Part shown: positions 46,245 through 55,867 of the stretch, piece by piece
How the letters are laid out: every line of letters begins with the position of its first letter
Position numbering within the stretch: the first letter of the stretch is position 1
Assembly (NCBI GenBank): GCA_023664265.1
Contig: JAMPFV010000002.1
Location: forward strand, 27,223 to 91,222
DNA length: 64,000 nt
Source: Roseburia sp.
GTDB lineage: Bacteria > Bacillota > Clostridia > Lachnospirales > Lachnospiraceae
Reading direction: 5' to 3'
Program-made: the position numbers and the translations under genes
Notes under the pieces: model-generated
Seen by the model: the letters and a program-made list of their open reading frames with translations, nothing else
Databases searched by the model: none
Told to the model about the DNA's origin: nothing

Positions 46245-46951
46245 GCGTGGACGGTAAATGGATGATCGGCTTTCTGAAGCTGGGGACGGCGTTGAAAATA
46301 TCGGATAAGAGAGTACTGGCGCATTATGACGCGAATATAGCGCTGTTGACAGAGGCTGCTGCCGCCGGCGGCTTTTACAAATCCGGTCAGCCCGTTGAGA
46401 ACCAGGAGGATTGGGGAGGTATTGCGTTCGGAGCCGTTTCCATGAAGCAGGCAGGGTGCGGGATGATCGCCACATACAATGCGAGGGTGTCCCTCGGGGA
46501 AAACCTGACAGAAAAGGATATGGCGGCGCTGATTAGCATGTATGAAAGGAAGTGGGCGGTCTGTGGCGGAAAATTTGGTGTTGTGCCGACAGCGCCATAT
46601 GCTTATTTTAAAGGGCTGGGGTATGATACCGATATGATCACAGGCGCGGAGCCGGAGGACATTAATGCGATGGGACGAAGCCATGATACGATTATTATGT
46701 GTTATTTTAACAATCAGGACAGCGTTACGGCCGGAATGCACATCGTAAATATATCAAAGGATACGGACGGGTACAGATGCCATAACGGATATTATAAGAA
46801 CCGAAAGACAAATTCATGGAGCGTGGGGGAAGCAAAAGCCGGTCTGTGGGAAACGGTGCGGTCGCTGGCGGGTGGAAAAGCAAAGCCTGTATGCACAATC
46901 GGGATTAACCGGAAGGACATCCGTTGGCCAGTGAAGAACTGTTACATATAA
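46241..46951 (+). CDS. Hypothetical cytoplasmic protein with a papain-like Cys/His signature
   Basis: 236 aa. GTG start overlaps the upstream stop (GTGA). Motifs MKQAGCGMIATYNA (Q-x2-C-G) and TAGMHIVNISKDTDG. No signal peptide or TM segment. Confidence 0.45.
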   Translation: MSVDGKWMIGFLKLGTALKISDKRVLAHYDANIALLTEAAAAGGFYKSGQPVENQEDWGGIAFGAVSMKQAGCGMIATYNARVSLGENLTEKDMAALISMYERKWAVCGGKFGVVPTAPYAYFKGLGYDTDMITGAEPEDINAMGRSHDTIIMCYFNNQDSVTAGMHIVNISKDTDGYRCHNGYYKNRKTNSWSVGEAKAGLWETVRSLAGGKAKPVCTIGINRKDIRWPVKNCYI

Positions 46952-46974
46952 TTTGATTAAATTTATACATATTC

Positions 46975-47003
46975 TTGAAAAATATCCATATTTTTGCTTT
47001 AAT
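46975..47003 (+). promoter_or_regulatory. Sigma-70/SigA-type promoter candidate for the phosphoglucomutase gene
   Basis: TTGAAA (46975-46980), 17-nt spacer, TTTAAT (46998-47003), in a 98-bp AT-rich gap. Confidence 0.4.
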
Positions 47004-47049
47004 AAGATTATGGTAATCTATCATAATTATATAATATGGAGGTAGCAGT

Positions 47050-48774
47050 ATGAGTTTTATGGACGAATTTAATTTCTGGCTCAAGGATGACTATTTTGAC
47101 CAGGCAACAAAAGACGAGCTCTTGAAGATCAAGGACAACGAGAGCGAAATTGAGGAGCGGTTTTATAAAGAGCTGGAGTTCGGTACAGGCGGCCTGAGAG
47201 GCGTTATCGGCGCAGGTACGAACCGGATGAACATCTATACTGTCAGAAAGGCTTCGCAGGGACTGGCCAACTATATCATCAAGGCCGGCGGGCAGAAGAA
47301 GGGCATCGCGATTGCGTATGACTCCCGCTTTATGTCGCCGGAGTTTGCGGACGAGGCGGCTCTGTGTATGGCGGCAAACGGCATCAAGGCGTATGTATTT
47401 GAGTCCCTGAGACCGACTCCCGAGCTTTCCTTTGCGCTCAGGACGCTCGGCTGCGTTTCCGGTATTGTTATCACCGCAAGCCACAACCCGCCCGAGTACA
47501 ACGGCTACAAGGTATATTGGGAGGATGGCGCGCAGGTTGCTGCCCCCAGAGATAAAGAGATTATCGGTGAGGTCAACGCCGTTACCGATTACCATACGGT
47601 AAAGACCATGGACAAGCAGGAGGCCATCAACGCCGGCCTGTATGAGGTGATCGGCAAGGAGATTGACGACGCTTACATGGCGGAGCTCAAGAAGCAGATT
47701 ATCCATCCCGACGTTATCAGGGAGGTTGCGGATGATATCAAGATTGTCTACACCCCGCTGTGCGGCACGGGCAACAAGCCGGTGAGAAGAATCCTCTCCG
47801 AGCTTGGCTTCAAGAATGTGTATGTGGTGCCCGAGCAGGAGAATCCCGACCCCAAGTTTACGACGCTGGAGTATCCGAACCCCGAGGACCCGAAGGCATT
47901 TACATATGCCTTGAAGCTTGCCGCACAGAAGAAGGCGGACATCGTCCTCGCGACCGATCCGGACGCAGACAGACTCGGTATTTACGCATATGACACCAAG
48001 AGCGGCGAGTACAAGTCCTTCACAGGCAATATGTCCGGAATGCTCATCGCGGAGTACATCCTGAGAGAGCGCACCGCTACCGGAACCATGCCGGAGAATC
48101 CGGCGCTTGTCACCACCATCGTCACGACCAACATGACCGCGCCCATCACCAAGGCTTACAATGTAAAGCTGATCGAGGTGCTGACCGGATTCAAGTTTAT
48201 CGGCGAGCAGATTAAGCTCTTCGAGCAGAGCGGCTCCAACAACTATGTATTCGGTCTTGAGGAGAGCTACGGCTGCCTTGCGGGAACTCACGCGAGGGAC
48301 AAGGATGCTGTCGTGGCTGTCATGTGCCTGTGCGAGGTTGCGGCATGGTGCAAGAAGCAGGGCAAGACCCTGTACGACATGATGCTGGAAATTTACGAGA
48401 AGTACGGCTATTATAAGGAGACGCAGTATGCGATCACCCTCAAGGGAATCGACGGCTCCAAGCAGATTGCGGCGCTGATGGATAAGCTCAGGAGCAATCC
48501 GCCCAAGAAGTTTGGCGAGCTTGAGGTCGTGCGCCTGAGAGATTATGAGAACGATAAGATTACGGAGCTTGCATCCGGCAAGGAGTACCCGACGGGCTTA
48601 CCCAAGTCCAACGTGCTGTACTTTGATCTGACCAACGATTCGTGGTGCTGTGCAAGACCCTCCGGAACCGAGCCCAAGATTAAGTTCTACATGGGTGTGA
48701 AGGGCACCAGCCTTGAGGACGCGCAGAAGAAGGTGGAGGACCTGACCAACGAGGTGAAGGCGGTAATCGAATAA
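47050..48774 (+). CDS. pgcA: Phosphoglucomutase / phosphohexomutase (PgcA-type)
   Basis: 574 aa. Active-site loop TASHNPPEYNGYKVY and ATDPDADRLG. Confidence 0.9.
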   Translation: MSFMDEFNFWLKDDYFDQATKDELLKIKDNESEIEERFYKELEFGTGGLRGVIGAGTNRMNIYTVRKASQGLANYIIKAGGQKKGIAIAYDSRFMSPEFADEAALCMAANGIKAYVFESLRPTPELSFALRTLGCVSGIVITASHNPPEYNGYKVYWEDGAQVAAPRDKEIIGEVNAVTDYHTVKTMDKQEAINAGLYEVIGKEIDDAYMAELKKQIIHPDVIREVADDIKIVYTPLCGTGNKPVRRILSELGFKNVYVVPEQENPDPKFTTLEYPNPEDPKAFTYALKLAAQKKADIVLATDPDADRLGIYAYDTKSGEYKSFTGNMSGMLIAEYILRERTATGTMPENPALVTTIVTTNMTAPITKAYNVKLIEVLTGFKFIGEQIKLFEQSGSNNYVFGLEESYGCLAGTHARDKDAVVAVMCLCEVAAWCKKQGKTLYDMMLEIYEKYGYYKETQYAITLKGIDGSKQIAALMDKLRSNPPKKFGELEVVRLRDYENDKITELASGKEYPTGLPKSNVLYFDLTNDSWCCARPSGTEPKIKFYMGVKGTSLEDAQKKVEDLTNEVKAVIE

Positions 48775-48793
48775 CGCAAGCAAAAGATACCGG

Positions 48794-48830
48794 CAGATGG
48801 CTGAAACTATTTTCAGCCATCTGTTATTGC
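48794..48830 (+). terminator. Rho-independent terminator after pgcA
   Basis: Perfect 13-bp stem cagatggctgaaa / tttcagccatctg with a 4-nt loop, followed by ttattgc. Confidence 0.75.
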
Positions 48831-48865
48831 AAAATGACAAGAAGAGTGAGGAACGGTCGGCAGCT

Positions 48866-49309
48866 ATGAAAAAATTAATGGAACAGCTTATTAAATTCGG
48901 ATTTGTGGGCGTACTGTGCTTTTTGATAGATTTTGTGATCGGCTACGCGCTGGTCGCGCTGCTGGAGGATGCGATATCCAAGAGCCTGGCGGCGGCAATC
49001 GGAGGATTTTTCGGATTTACGGTCTCGGTGATCGTCAACTATATACTCAGCATGAAGTTTGTCTTTAAGCGGAAGGACGACATGGACAGAAAAAAGGAAT
49101 TTGTCATCTTCATAGTGCTGAGCGTAATCGGTCTGGGAATCAATGAGATTATTCTGCTGGCCTGCACGAAGGTGTATGAGACAAACCTGTTCTTGGAGGA
49201 GGCCTTGCGGTTCACGACATGGTACACGATAGCCAAAGTGATTGCGACCGCAGTCGTAATGGTTTATAATTTTATCACCAGAAAGATTTTTTTGGAGACG
49301 AAGGGATAA
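48866..49309 (+). CDS. GtrA-family membrane protein (putative lipid-linked sugar flippase)
   Basis: MKKLMEQLIKFGFVGVLCFLIDFVIGYAL is the typical GtrA N-terminus. About 147 aa with 4 TM segments. The ORF-track start at 48797 lies inside the terminator hairpin. Confidence 0.75.
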   Translation: MKKLMEQLIKFGFVGVLCFLIDFVIGYALVALLEDAISKSLAAAIGGFFGFTVSVIVNYILSMKFVFKRKDDMDRKKEFVIFIVLSVIGLGINEIILLACTKVYETNLFLEEALRFTTWYTIAKVIATAVVMVYNFITRKIFLETKG

Positions 49310-49328
49310 CGAAAACAGAGGGAAAACA

Positions 49329-50717
49329 ATGTCGATAGCACAGAACATCAAAAAAACCATCAATTACAGCAGGAAAAACGGTTACGGAGAGGCCTTGTGC
49401 GCCGCGTGGGAACGCGTGACGGCGAAGTATTATGCCGACTACAATTATATCCCCCCCTCGCAGGAGACACTGGCCGCACAGGCCGCGGACAGGAGCCGTT
49501 CCGATATTAAATTTTCGATTCTGGTACCGGCGTTTGAGACGCAGGAGGTGTATCTGCGGGCACTGATTGACAGCTGCATTGCGCAGAGCTACGCGAACTG
49601 GGAGCTGATCATCGCGGACGGGAGCGCCACGGACGTCGTGGAGCGGACGGTCGGCGGGTATGACGACGGGCGGATAAAGTATATCCGGCTGGGAGACAAC
49701 GGCGGCATCGCCGACAATACCAACCGCGCGATAGATCACGCGACAGGAGATTACTGCGGACTTCTCGACCATGACGACATGCTGACCGCGGACGCGCTGT
49801 ATGAGATGGCGCGGGTCATCAGGGACAGGAGACCTACTCTCGTCTACTCGGACGAGGACAAATGCGATTCGGAGGGACAGCGGTTCTACGAGCCGCATTT
49901 TAAGCAGGACTTTAATCTGGATCTGATACTCACCAACAATTATATCTGTCACTTTTTGGTGGTGGACACGGAGACGCTGAGGAAGCTGCGCATCAGGAAG
50001 GAATACGACGGCTCGCAGGATTTTGACCTGATACTGCGCGTGGTGAGCGGACTTCTGCTCAAGGAGCGCGAGGGGCAGCAGGCAGACGGCGGACGGATGG
50101 AGGACGCGATTCTTCATGTGCCCAAGGTGCTGTATCATTGGCGGTGTCATCAAAATTCCACGGCGGACAACCCACAGAGCAAGATGTACGCCTACGAGGC
50201 AGGCAAGAAGGCGCTGATTGATTTCACCAGCCGCATGGGCTGGAAAGCGGATGTGCGCCACAACAAGCACTTGGGCTTTTACCGGATTGTGTACCGCAAC
50301 GATGTGCTCACACACCGGCCGGATCTGGCGGCGGTGGGCGGTTATATTGTGAGGCATGGGAAAATCGCAAGCGGAATCTATCGCGGACAGCCGATTGTCT
50401 ACGCGGGCTATATGAACCGCATGGATCTGTATCAGAATGTGACAATGCTGGACATCCGCAATATGGCGTTGGGGAAGGCCTTTCGGGAGCTCTATGAGAG
50501 GGTGACGGAGCACCCCTATGAGAGCACGCTGGCGCCCTCCGATTACAATCGCTCCGGCGCCCCCTCCGGGCGGGAGCTTCCGCAGTGGATAAAGGAGCTG
50601 GAGAAGACCGCTGAGGGCAGAAAACGGCTGGAGAAACTGAGCGTGCAGCTGAGCCGACAGCTTCTGGCGGCGGGCGGCAGACTTCTGCTGGATCCCGAAT
50701 GCATCAGAAAATTATAA
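49329..50717 (+). CDS. GT2 glycosyltransferase with a C-terminal extension
   Basis: FSILVPAFET...LIIADGS...LLDHDD...YSDEDK. Paralogous to the first GT2 domain of 44250-46244. Confidence 0.8.
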   Translation: MSIAQNIKKTINYSRKNGYGEALCAAWERVTAKYYADYNYIPPSQETLAAQAADRSRSDIKFSILVPAFETQEVYLRALIDSCIAQSYANWELIIADGSATDVVERTVGGYDDGRIKYIRLGDNGGIADNTNRAIDHATGDYCGLLDHDDMLTADALYEMARVIRDRRPTLVYSDEDKCDSEGQRFYEPHFKQDFNLDLILTNNYICHFLVVDTETLRKLRIRKEYDGSQDFDLILRVVSGLLLKEREGQQADGGRMEDAILHVPKVLYHWRCHQNSTADNPQSKMYAYEAGKKALIDFTSRMGWKADVRHNKHLGFYRIVYRNDVLTHRPDLAAVGGYIVRHGKIASGIYRGQPIVYAGYMNRMDLYQNVTMLDIRNMALGKAFRELYERVTEHPYESTLAPSDYNRSGAPSGRELPQWIKELEKTAEGRKRLEKLSVQLSRQLLAAGGRLLLDPECIRKL

Positions 50718-50729
50718 GGGCAGGAGATT

Positions 50730-51707
50730 ATGGCGGATTGCAAATCGACGGTGGTAATACCGAATTATAATGGAATAAATTATATAGAAGCCTGTCTGGA
50801 AAGCCTTTACGCGGGGACGTCCAAGCGCTTTGAGGTGATTGTGGCGGACAACGCGTCAACGGACGGCAGCAGAGAGCTTGTCGGGCGGAGGTTTCCGCAG
50901 GTCAAGGTGATAGAGAACGCGGAGAATACCGGTTTTGCCAAGGCCGTCAATCAGGGAATCGCGGCGAGCACAACGCCGTATGTGATTCTGCTCAACAACG
51001 ACACGCGGGCGGGGCTTGGTTTCATCCATGAGCTGGAAAAAGCGATGGACGGGGATAAGGGATTGTTTTCGGCCTCCGCCAAGATGATATCGATGTATGA
51101 CAGGGATAAAACGGACGACGCGGGGGACTTCTACTGTGCATTGGGCTGGGCGTTTGCGAGGGGGAAGGGCAAGAACCCCGATTTATATGACAGGGACTGT
51201 GATATTTTTGCGGCCTGCGGCGGCGCGGCCATCTATCGCAGGGAGCTTCTGATGGCGGAAGCCGTAGGGCCTTTTGACGAAAATCATTTCGCTTATCTTG
51301 AAGATATTGACATTGGCTACCGGGCAAAATTACATGGATATAGAAACCGTTTTGTGGCAAACTCTATAGTATACCATGCCGGCAGTGCGACAAGCGGTTC
51401 GCGCCACAATGCGTTCAAGGTACGGCTTGCGTCCCAAAACAGCGTTTATCTTGTATATAAGAACATGCCGCTCCTGCAGATTTTGTTGAATCTGCCGTTT
51501 TTGACCGCCGGCTTTCTGATAAAAGCGCTGTTCTTTCTCAGGAAAGGGCTCGGAAAAGCGTATGTCGAGGGACTGCTGAACGGAGTGCGGCTGTGTGTGA
51601 GCGGCGAGGGACGGGCGCACAAGCTGCGTTTTGAGGTGAAAAGAATGCGATATTACATCGCGGTACAGCTTTCTCTGTGGCGGAATCTGCTGCGTTTGGC
51701 GCGATAG
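50730..51707 (+). CDS. GT2 glycosyltransferase (rhamnosyltransferase-like)
   Basis: VVIPNYNGINYIEACLESL...VIVADNASTDGS and ILLNNDT. C-terminal amphipathic or TM segment. Confidence 0.8.
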   Translation: MADCKSTVVIPNYNGINYIEACLESLYAGTSKRFEVIVADNASTDGSRELVGRRFPQVKVIENAENTGFAKAVNQGIAASTTPYVILLNNDTRAGLGFIHELEKAMDGDKGLFSASAKMISMYDRDKTDDAGDFYCALGWAFARGKGKNPDLYDRDCDIFAACGGAAIYRRELLMAEAVGPFDENHFAYLEDIDIGYRAKLHGYRNRFVANSIVYHAGSATSGSRHNAFKVRLASQNSVYLVYKNMPLLQILLNLPFLTAGFLIKALFFLRKGLGKAYVEGLLNGVRLCVSGEGRAHKLRFEVKRMRYYIAVQLSLWRNLLRLAR

Positions 51708-51808
51708 TCAGAACCCCGCCGCAAGCAGCGGGGCATTTGACCCTGCGCGGTCCACATGCCGCAAAGCAGCAAAATTCCTTATGCGGACCTGTGCATCATA
51801 AAAATTTG

Positions 51809-51837
51809 TTGTACTTTTAGCGCAAATATTGTAGAAT
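51809..51837 (+). promoter_or_regulatory. Sigma-70/SigA-type promoter candidate ahead of the second PGT operon
   Basis: TTGTAC (51809-51814), 17-nt spacer, TAGAAT (51832-51837), within a 212-bp gap. A weak hairpin ccccgc...gcgggg lies at 51713-51732 upstream. Confidence 0.45.
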
Positions 51838-51919
51838 GGTAGAAGTTAGATGGAAAATTTTGTAAAATAAATTTATAATTGCGTGAAAAGACGGATATCC
51901 GTTTGTTGGGTGATATAGA

Positions 51920-53329
51920 TTGATAAGGGATAATCAGAAATATTTTAACAGGCTGCTGGTACTGCTGGATGCGCTTGTCACGGGCGGTTCCTACTCGCTT
52001 GCATGGTTCTTGTGGCTGAGCGGTTCTGTTAAGGAGACGCAGCCCGGGATTGGCATTTTATCTGCGGAGTTTTATTTTTCGGCGCTGATTGTCATCCTTC
52101 CGGCCTACTTGATTTTGTACAATGCGTGCGACTTGTATTCGTCGAAGCGCACCGCCAAGACGACGTATGAGGTTTTCAACATCATAAAAGCGAATACCAT
52201 GGGCCTTCTGGCGATTATGGTTGTCCTGTTCGCAGTGAATATACCGGACTTTTCCCGCGGTATGGTGGGCGTATTTTATATCATTAATATTATCGCTGAG
52301 ACCGCGATGCGCAAATCCGTCCGGCGGGGGCTGCGCTATTTCAGAAAGAAGGGCTACAACATCAAGCATATCCTTCTTGTCGGCTATTCGCGCGCGGCTG
52401 AGGAGTATATCGGCAAGATTATCGCGAACCCCGAATGGGGCTATGTGGTGTGCGGCGTTTTGGACGACAGAGTCCCGATAGGAGCAGTATATAAGGGCGT
52501 TGAGGTCGTCGGGGAGATTGACAGCCTGCAGGCGGTTCTGGCGGACAATGAGCTGGACGAGATTGGGATCACGCTTGCGCTGGAGGATTACGACCGCCTG
52601 GAGGCGATTGTAAATACCTGTGAGAAATCCGGCGTCCACACCAAATTTATACCAGATTATAACAGCGTCATTCCGAGCCGTCCGTATCTGGAGGACTGGG
52701 GAGGCTTGGCGGTTGTCAATATCAGGCGTGTGCCGCTGTCCAACACGACGAATATGCTGATGAAGCGGATTGTTGACATCTTTGGCGCGGTGGTGGCGAT
52801 TGTCCTGTTTTCGCCGGTGATGCTGATAGCGGCTGCCGGCGTGAAGCTGACGAGCAAAGGCCCGCTGATTTTCAAGCAGGAGCGGGTGGGACTGCATAAC
52901 AAGCCTTTCCAAATGTACAAATTCCGCAGTATGGAGGTACAGGAGGAGGCGGACGAGAAAAAGGGATGGACAAAGAAAAACGACCCCCGTGTTACCAAAA
53001 TCGGGAGGATATTGAGAAAGACAAGCATTGACGAGCTTCCGCAGTTCTTCAATGTCTTGAAGGGCGACATGAGTCTGATAGGGCCGCGTCCGGAAAGGCC
53101 TCTCTTTGTTGAGAAATTCAAAGAAGAAATACCAAGATATATGATAAAGCATCAGGTGCGCCCGGGCATTACGGGGTGGGCGCAGGTCAGCGGATACAGA
53201 GGAGACACCTCCATCCGGAAACGAATAGAGTATGATTTATACTACATTGAAAACTGGTCGATGGCCTTTGATTTCAAAATTCTGTTTCTGACCTTTTTTA
53301 AGGGCTTTATCAACAGGAATGCCTATTGA
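51920..53329 (+). CDS. Polyprenyl-phosphate hexose-1-phosphate transferase (large PGT), copy 2
   Basis: 469 aa, TTG start. Motifs KGPLIFKQERVGLHNKPFQMYKFRSM and DELPQFFNVLKGDMSLIGPRPERP. Confidence 0.85.
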   Translation: MIRDNQKYFNRLLVLLDALVTGGSYSLAWFLWLSGSVKETQPGIGILSAEFYFSALIVILPAYLILYNACDLYSSKRTAKTTYEVFNIIKANTMGLLAIMVVLFAVNIPDFSRGMVGVFYIINIIAETAMRKSVRRGLRYFRKKGYNIKHILLVGYSRAAEEYIGKIIANPEWGYVVCGVLDDRVPIGAVYKGVEVVGEIDSLQAVLADNELDEIGITLALEDYDRLEAIVNTCEKSGVHTKFIPDYNSVIPSRPYLEDWGGLAVVNIRRVPLSNTTNMLMKRIVDIFGAVVAIVLFSPVMLIAAAGVKLTSKGPLIFKQERVGLHNKPFQMYKFRSMEVQEEADEKKGWTKKNDPRVTKIGRILRKTSIDELPQFFNVLKGDMSLIGPRPERPLFVEKFKEEIPRYMIKHQVRPGITGWAQVSGYRGDTSIRKRIEYDLYYIENWSMAFDFKILFLTFFKGFINRNAY

Positions 53330-53347
53330 TGATGGGAGAATAAGGAA

Positions 53348-54829
53348 ATGAAGGATAATAATCAGGAAAACTCAAATGTCAGAAGAAATTCTGCGAATCG
53401 GGAGCCTGTGAGACGCGATGGGAGAAGAACAGCGGGAAACGCAAGTGGGCAGACCCCACGGCCAAGGCAGGGGACACAACAGGCACGACAGTCGAGACAG
53501 TCGCAGCCGTCGCGCCAGGGAGCAGCGGCGCAGGGCAGACCACGCACGGCCGCGGGCGCACAGGCGTATCAGACCCGTCCGGAGGGGCTGGCAAGACAGC
53601 CGCGTCAGGCGGGAGAACCGCAACGCAGGAGACCGCAGACGGCAGGCAGCGGGACGGGGAAGAGAACCGCTCCGCCCAAGAGAGGAAAAAATAAAAGCAA
53701 GAATACAAGAAATCTTACACCGAAGCAGGCCGCGCGAAAGAAGCGGAACAAGATTTTACTGTTTATCTCGGAAATATTCCTGCTTCTGATACTGGTGGTC
53801 GTCTTCTGGGGCTTTCAGAAAGCGAGCAAGATTAAGGTCATTACCATTGATGATGCGGATGTACAGATCAGTGAGGAGGTAAAAGTGCAGGAGGAGACCG
53901 GAGCCATGAAGGGCTACCGCAATATTGCCCTCTTTGGCGTCGATTCTCGGGATAAGCAGCTCGACAAGGCGACCCGGACGGATGTCATTATGATTGCCTC
54001 CATCAATCTTGATACCAAGGAGGTCCGGCTGGTGTCCGTCTATCGTGACACATGGCTGAATCTGGGCACTGACACCTATAACAAGGCCAATGCAGCCTAC
54101 TCCAAGGGCGGACCGCAGCAGGCGCTCAGTATGCTGAACATGAATCTGGATATGAATATCACGGATTTTGTGACCGTGGGCTTTGAGGGACTGGTAGACG
54201 TCATCAACGCGGTCGGCGGGATTGAGATTGACGTGAAAGAGAACGAGATAGCCCATCTCAACAGCTATCAGGTCAGCATGTGCGGGAAACCGGACGGAAC
54301 TCTGAACTCGAATGGCGAGCCGAATTATGTGCCGGACCCGAACAATTCTTTATATAAGCATTACAAGCCGGTGGAGCATGCGGGTCTTCAGACGCTCAAC
54401 GGCCTTCAGGCGACAGCGTACTGCCGCATCCGCTATGTCGGGGATGACTTCCAGCGTACCGTGCGGCAGAGAACGGTATTGGAGAAGACGGCCAGAAAGG
54501 CGATGACGCTCAATCCCGCAACCCTGAATGAGATTGCGAACGCGGTCTTCCCGGAGATTGCGACCTCCCTTGACTTTGCGGAGATTGTATCGCTGCTCGC
54601 AGATATCGGCAGCTATGATATCGGCCCTACTGCAGGCTTCCCGTTTGAGGACAGTGTACAGACAGGACGTGTCGGCAAGGCCAGCGTTGTCATACCGGTT
54701 GATTTGGAGAAGAATGTCATCGCGCTGCACAAATTCCTCTTTGACGAGGATTGGACGCCGTCGGAGACCGTCAAAAAGTGCAGCCGGAAGATTGTATCGG
54801 ATACCGGTGTCAGCGCAGCAAGTCAATAA
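53348..54829 (+). CDS. LytR-CpsA-Psr (LCP) family glycopolymer ligase with a long basic N-terminal tail
   Basis: About 130 aa of R/Q/P/G-rich sequence, then a TM (ILLFISEIFLLLILVVVFWGF), then NIALFGVDSRD...RTDVIMIASIN...LVSVYRDTW. Confidence 0.85.
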   Translation: MKDNNQENSNVRRNSANREPVRRDGRRTAGNASGQTPRPRQGTQQARQSRQSQPSRQGAAAQGRPRTAAGAQAYQTRPEGLARQPRQAGEPQRRRPQTAGSGTGKRTAPPKRGKNKSKNTRNLTPKQAARKKRNKILLFISEIFLLLILVVVFWGFQKASKIKVITIDDADVQISEEVKVQEETGAMKGYRNIALFGVDSRDKQLDKATRTDVIMIASINLDTKEVRLVSVYRDTWLNLGTDTYNKANAAYSKGGPQQALSMLNMNLDMNITDFVTVGFEGLVDVINAVGGIEIDVKENEIAHLNSYQVSMCGKPDGTLNSNGEPNYVPDPNNSLYKHYKPVEHAGLQTLNGLQATAYCRIRYVGDDFQRTVRQRTVLEKTARKAMTLNPATLNEIANAVFPEIATSLDFAEIVSLLADIGSYDIGPTAGFPFEDSVQTGRVGKASVVIPVDLEKNVIALHKFLFDEDWTPSETVKKCSRKIVSDTGVSAASQ

Positions 54830-54904
54830 CGCAGTACACAAGGAACCAACAGGGTCGTGTCATAACGGCCCTTTTTGCCTAATTTACGATACCGGAGGGT
54901 TGGC

Positions 54905-55843
54905 ATGGAGCAGAGCGTAGACGTTATCCTATTTACCTACAAGCCTCAGAAGCAGGTGTTCCGGCTGATTGAGCTGCTTGAGAAGCAGACCTGTTCCGTG
55001 AACAGGCTGATTATTATGAATACGGAGGAGAAATATTTCAACGCGCTTTTTTACGGCACGGGCTTTCTGGAGCGATACAGGAATATTGAGGTGCATCATG
55101 TCTCGGAGCGGGAGTTTGACCATGCCGGAACGCGGAGAAAGGCAGTCGGCTACTCCAAGGCGGACGTCTTTGTCTGCATGACGCAGGATGCTCTGCCGGT
55201 CGATGAGACGCTGCTTGAACGGCTTCTCGAGGCGCTCGGACAGGAGGAGCGGGTGGCGGCCGCCTATGCAAGGCAGCTCCCGTATCCGGACTGCAGGGAG
55301 ATAGAGCGGTTTACGAGGAGCTTCAACTATCCGGCCGAGCCGTGCCTGAAATCGTCGGCGGACATGGAGCGGCTGGGCATTAAGACCTATATGTGCTCGA
55401 ACGTGTGCGCCGCCTATGACAGGGAGATATTTGACGCGCTGGGCGGCTTTGTAAAGCGGGCGATTTTCAACGAAGATATGCTCTATGCCGCAAAGGCGAT
55501 AAAGGCGGAGTACAAAATTGCCTACGCGGCCCGGGCCGAGGTATTTCATTCGCACAATTACACCTGTATGCAGCAGTTTCGGCGCAATTTTGACTTAGGC
55601 GTGTCGCAGGCGGAGCATCCGGAGGTCTTTGCGGGTATCTCCTCAGAGAACGAGGGGGTGCGCCTGGTCAGGGATACCGCGCGGCATCTGCGCGAGACGG
55701 GAAATACGAAGCTGATACCCTATCTGATTGTCTCGAGCGGCTGTAAATATATGGGATATTTGCTTGGAACGCACTATAAACGGCTTCCGTATGGTATAAT
55801 AAAATGGTGCAGCTCAGGGAAACGATATTGGACACAAAATTAA
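54905..55843 (+). CDS. GT2-like glycosyltransferase (rhamnosyltransferase-like)
   Basis: ATG at 54905. Motifs VDVILFTYKPQ, FVCMTQDALP and IFNEDMLYA. Confidence 0.55.
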   Translation: MEQSVDVILFTYKPQKQVFRLIELLEKQTCSVNRLIIMNTEEKYFNALFYGTGFLERYRNIEVHHVSEREFDHAGTRRKAVGYSKADVFVCMTQDALPVDETLLERLLEALGQEERVAAAYARQLPYPDCREIERFTRSFNYPAEPCLKSSADMERLGIKTYMCSNVCAAYDREIFDALGGFVKRAIFNEDMLYAAKAIKAEYKIAYAARAEVFHSHNYTCMQQFRRNFDLGVSQAEHPEVFAGISSENEGVRLVRDTARHLRETGNTKLIPYLIVSSGCKYMGYLLGTHYKRLPYGIIKWCSSGKRYWTQN

Positions 55844-55867
55844 GGTGAGAAAGGAGCCGGTTTAACG

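Noticed and set aside
48797-48865. The ORF-track start of the GtrA gene at 48797.
   Set aside because: This ATG lies inside the 13-bp terminator stem after pgcA. The ATG at 48866 gives the canonical GtrA N-terminus.
55844-55867. I looked for a glmS ribozyme upstream of glmS.
   Set aside because: Only 24 nt separate the upstream GT2-like gene from the glmS ATG. That is too short for the ribozyme, so glmS appears co-transcribed with the upstream gene.
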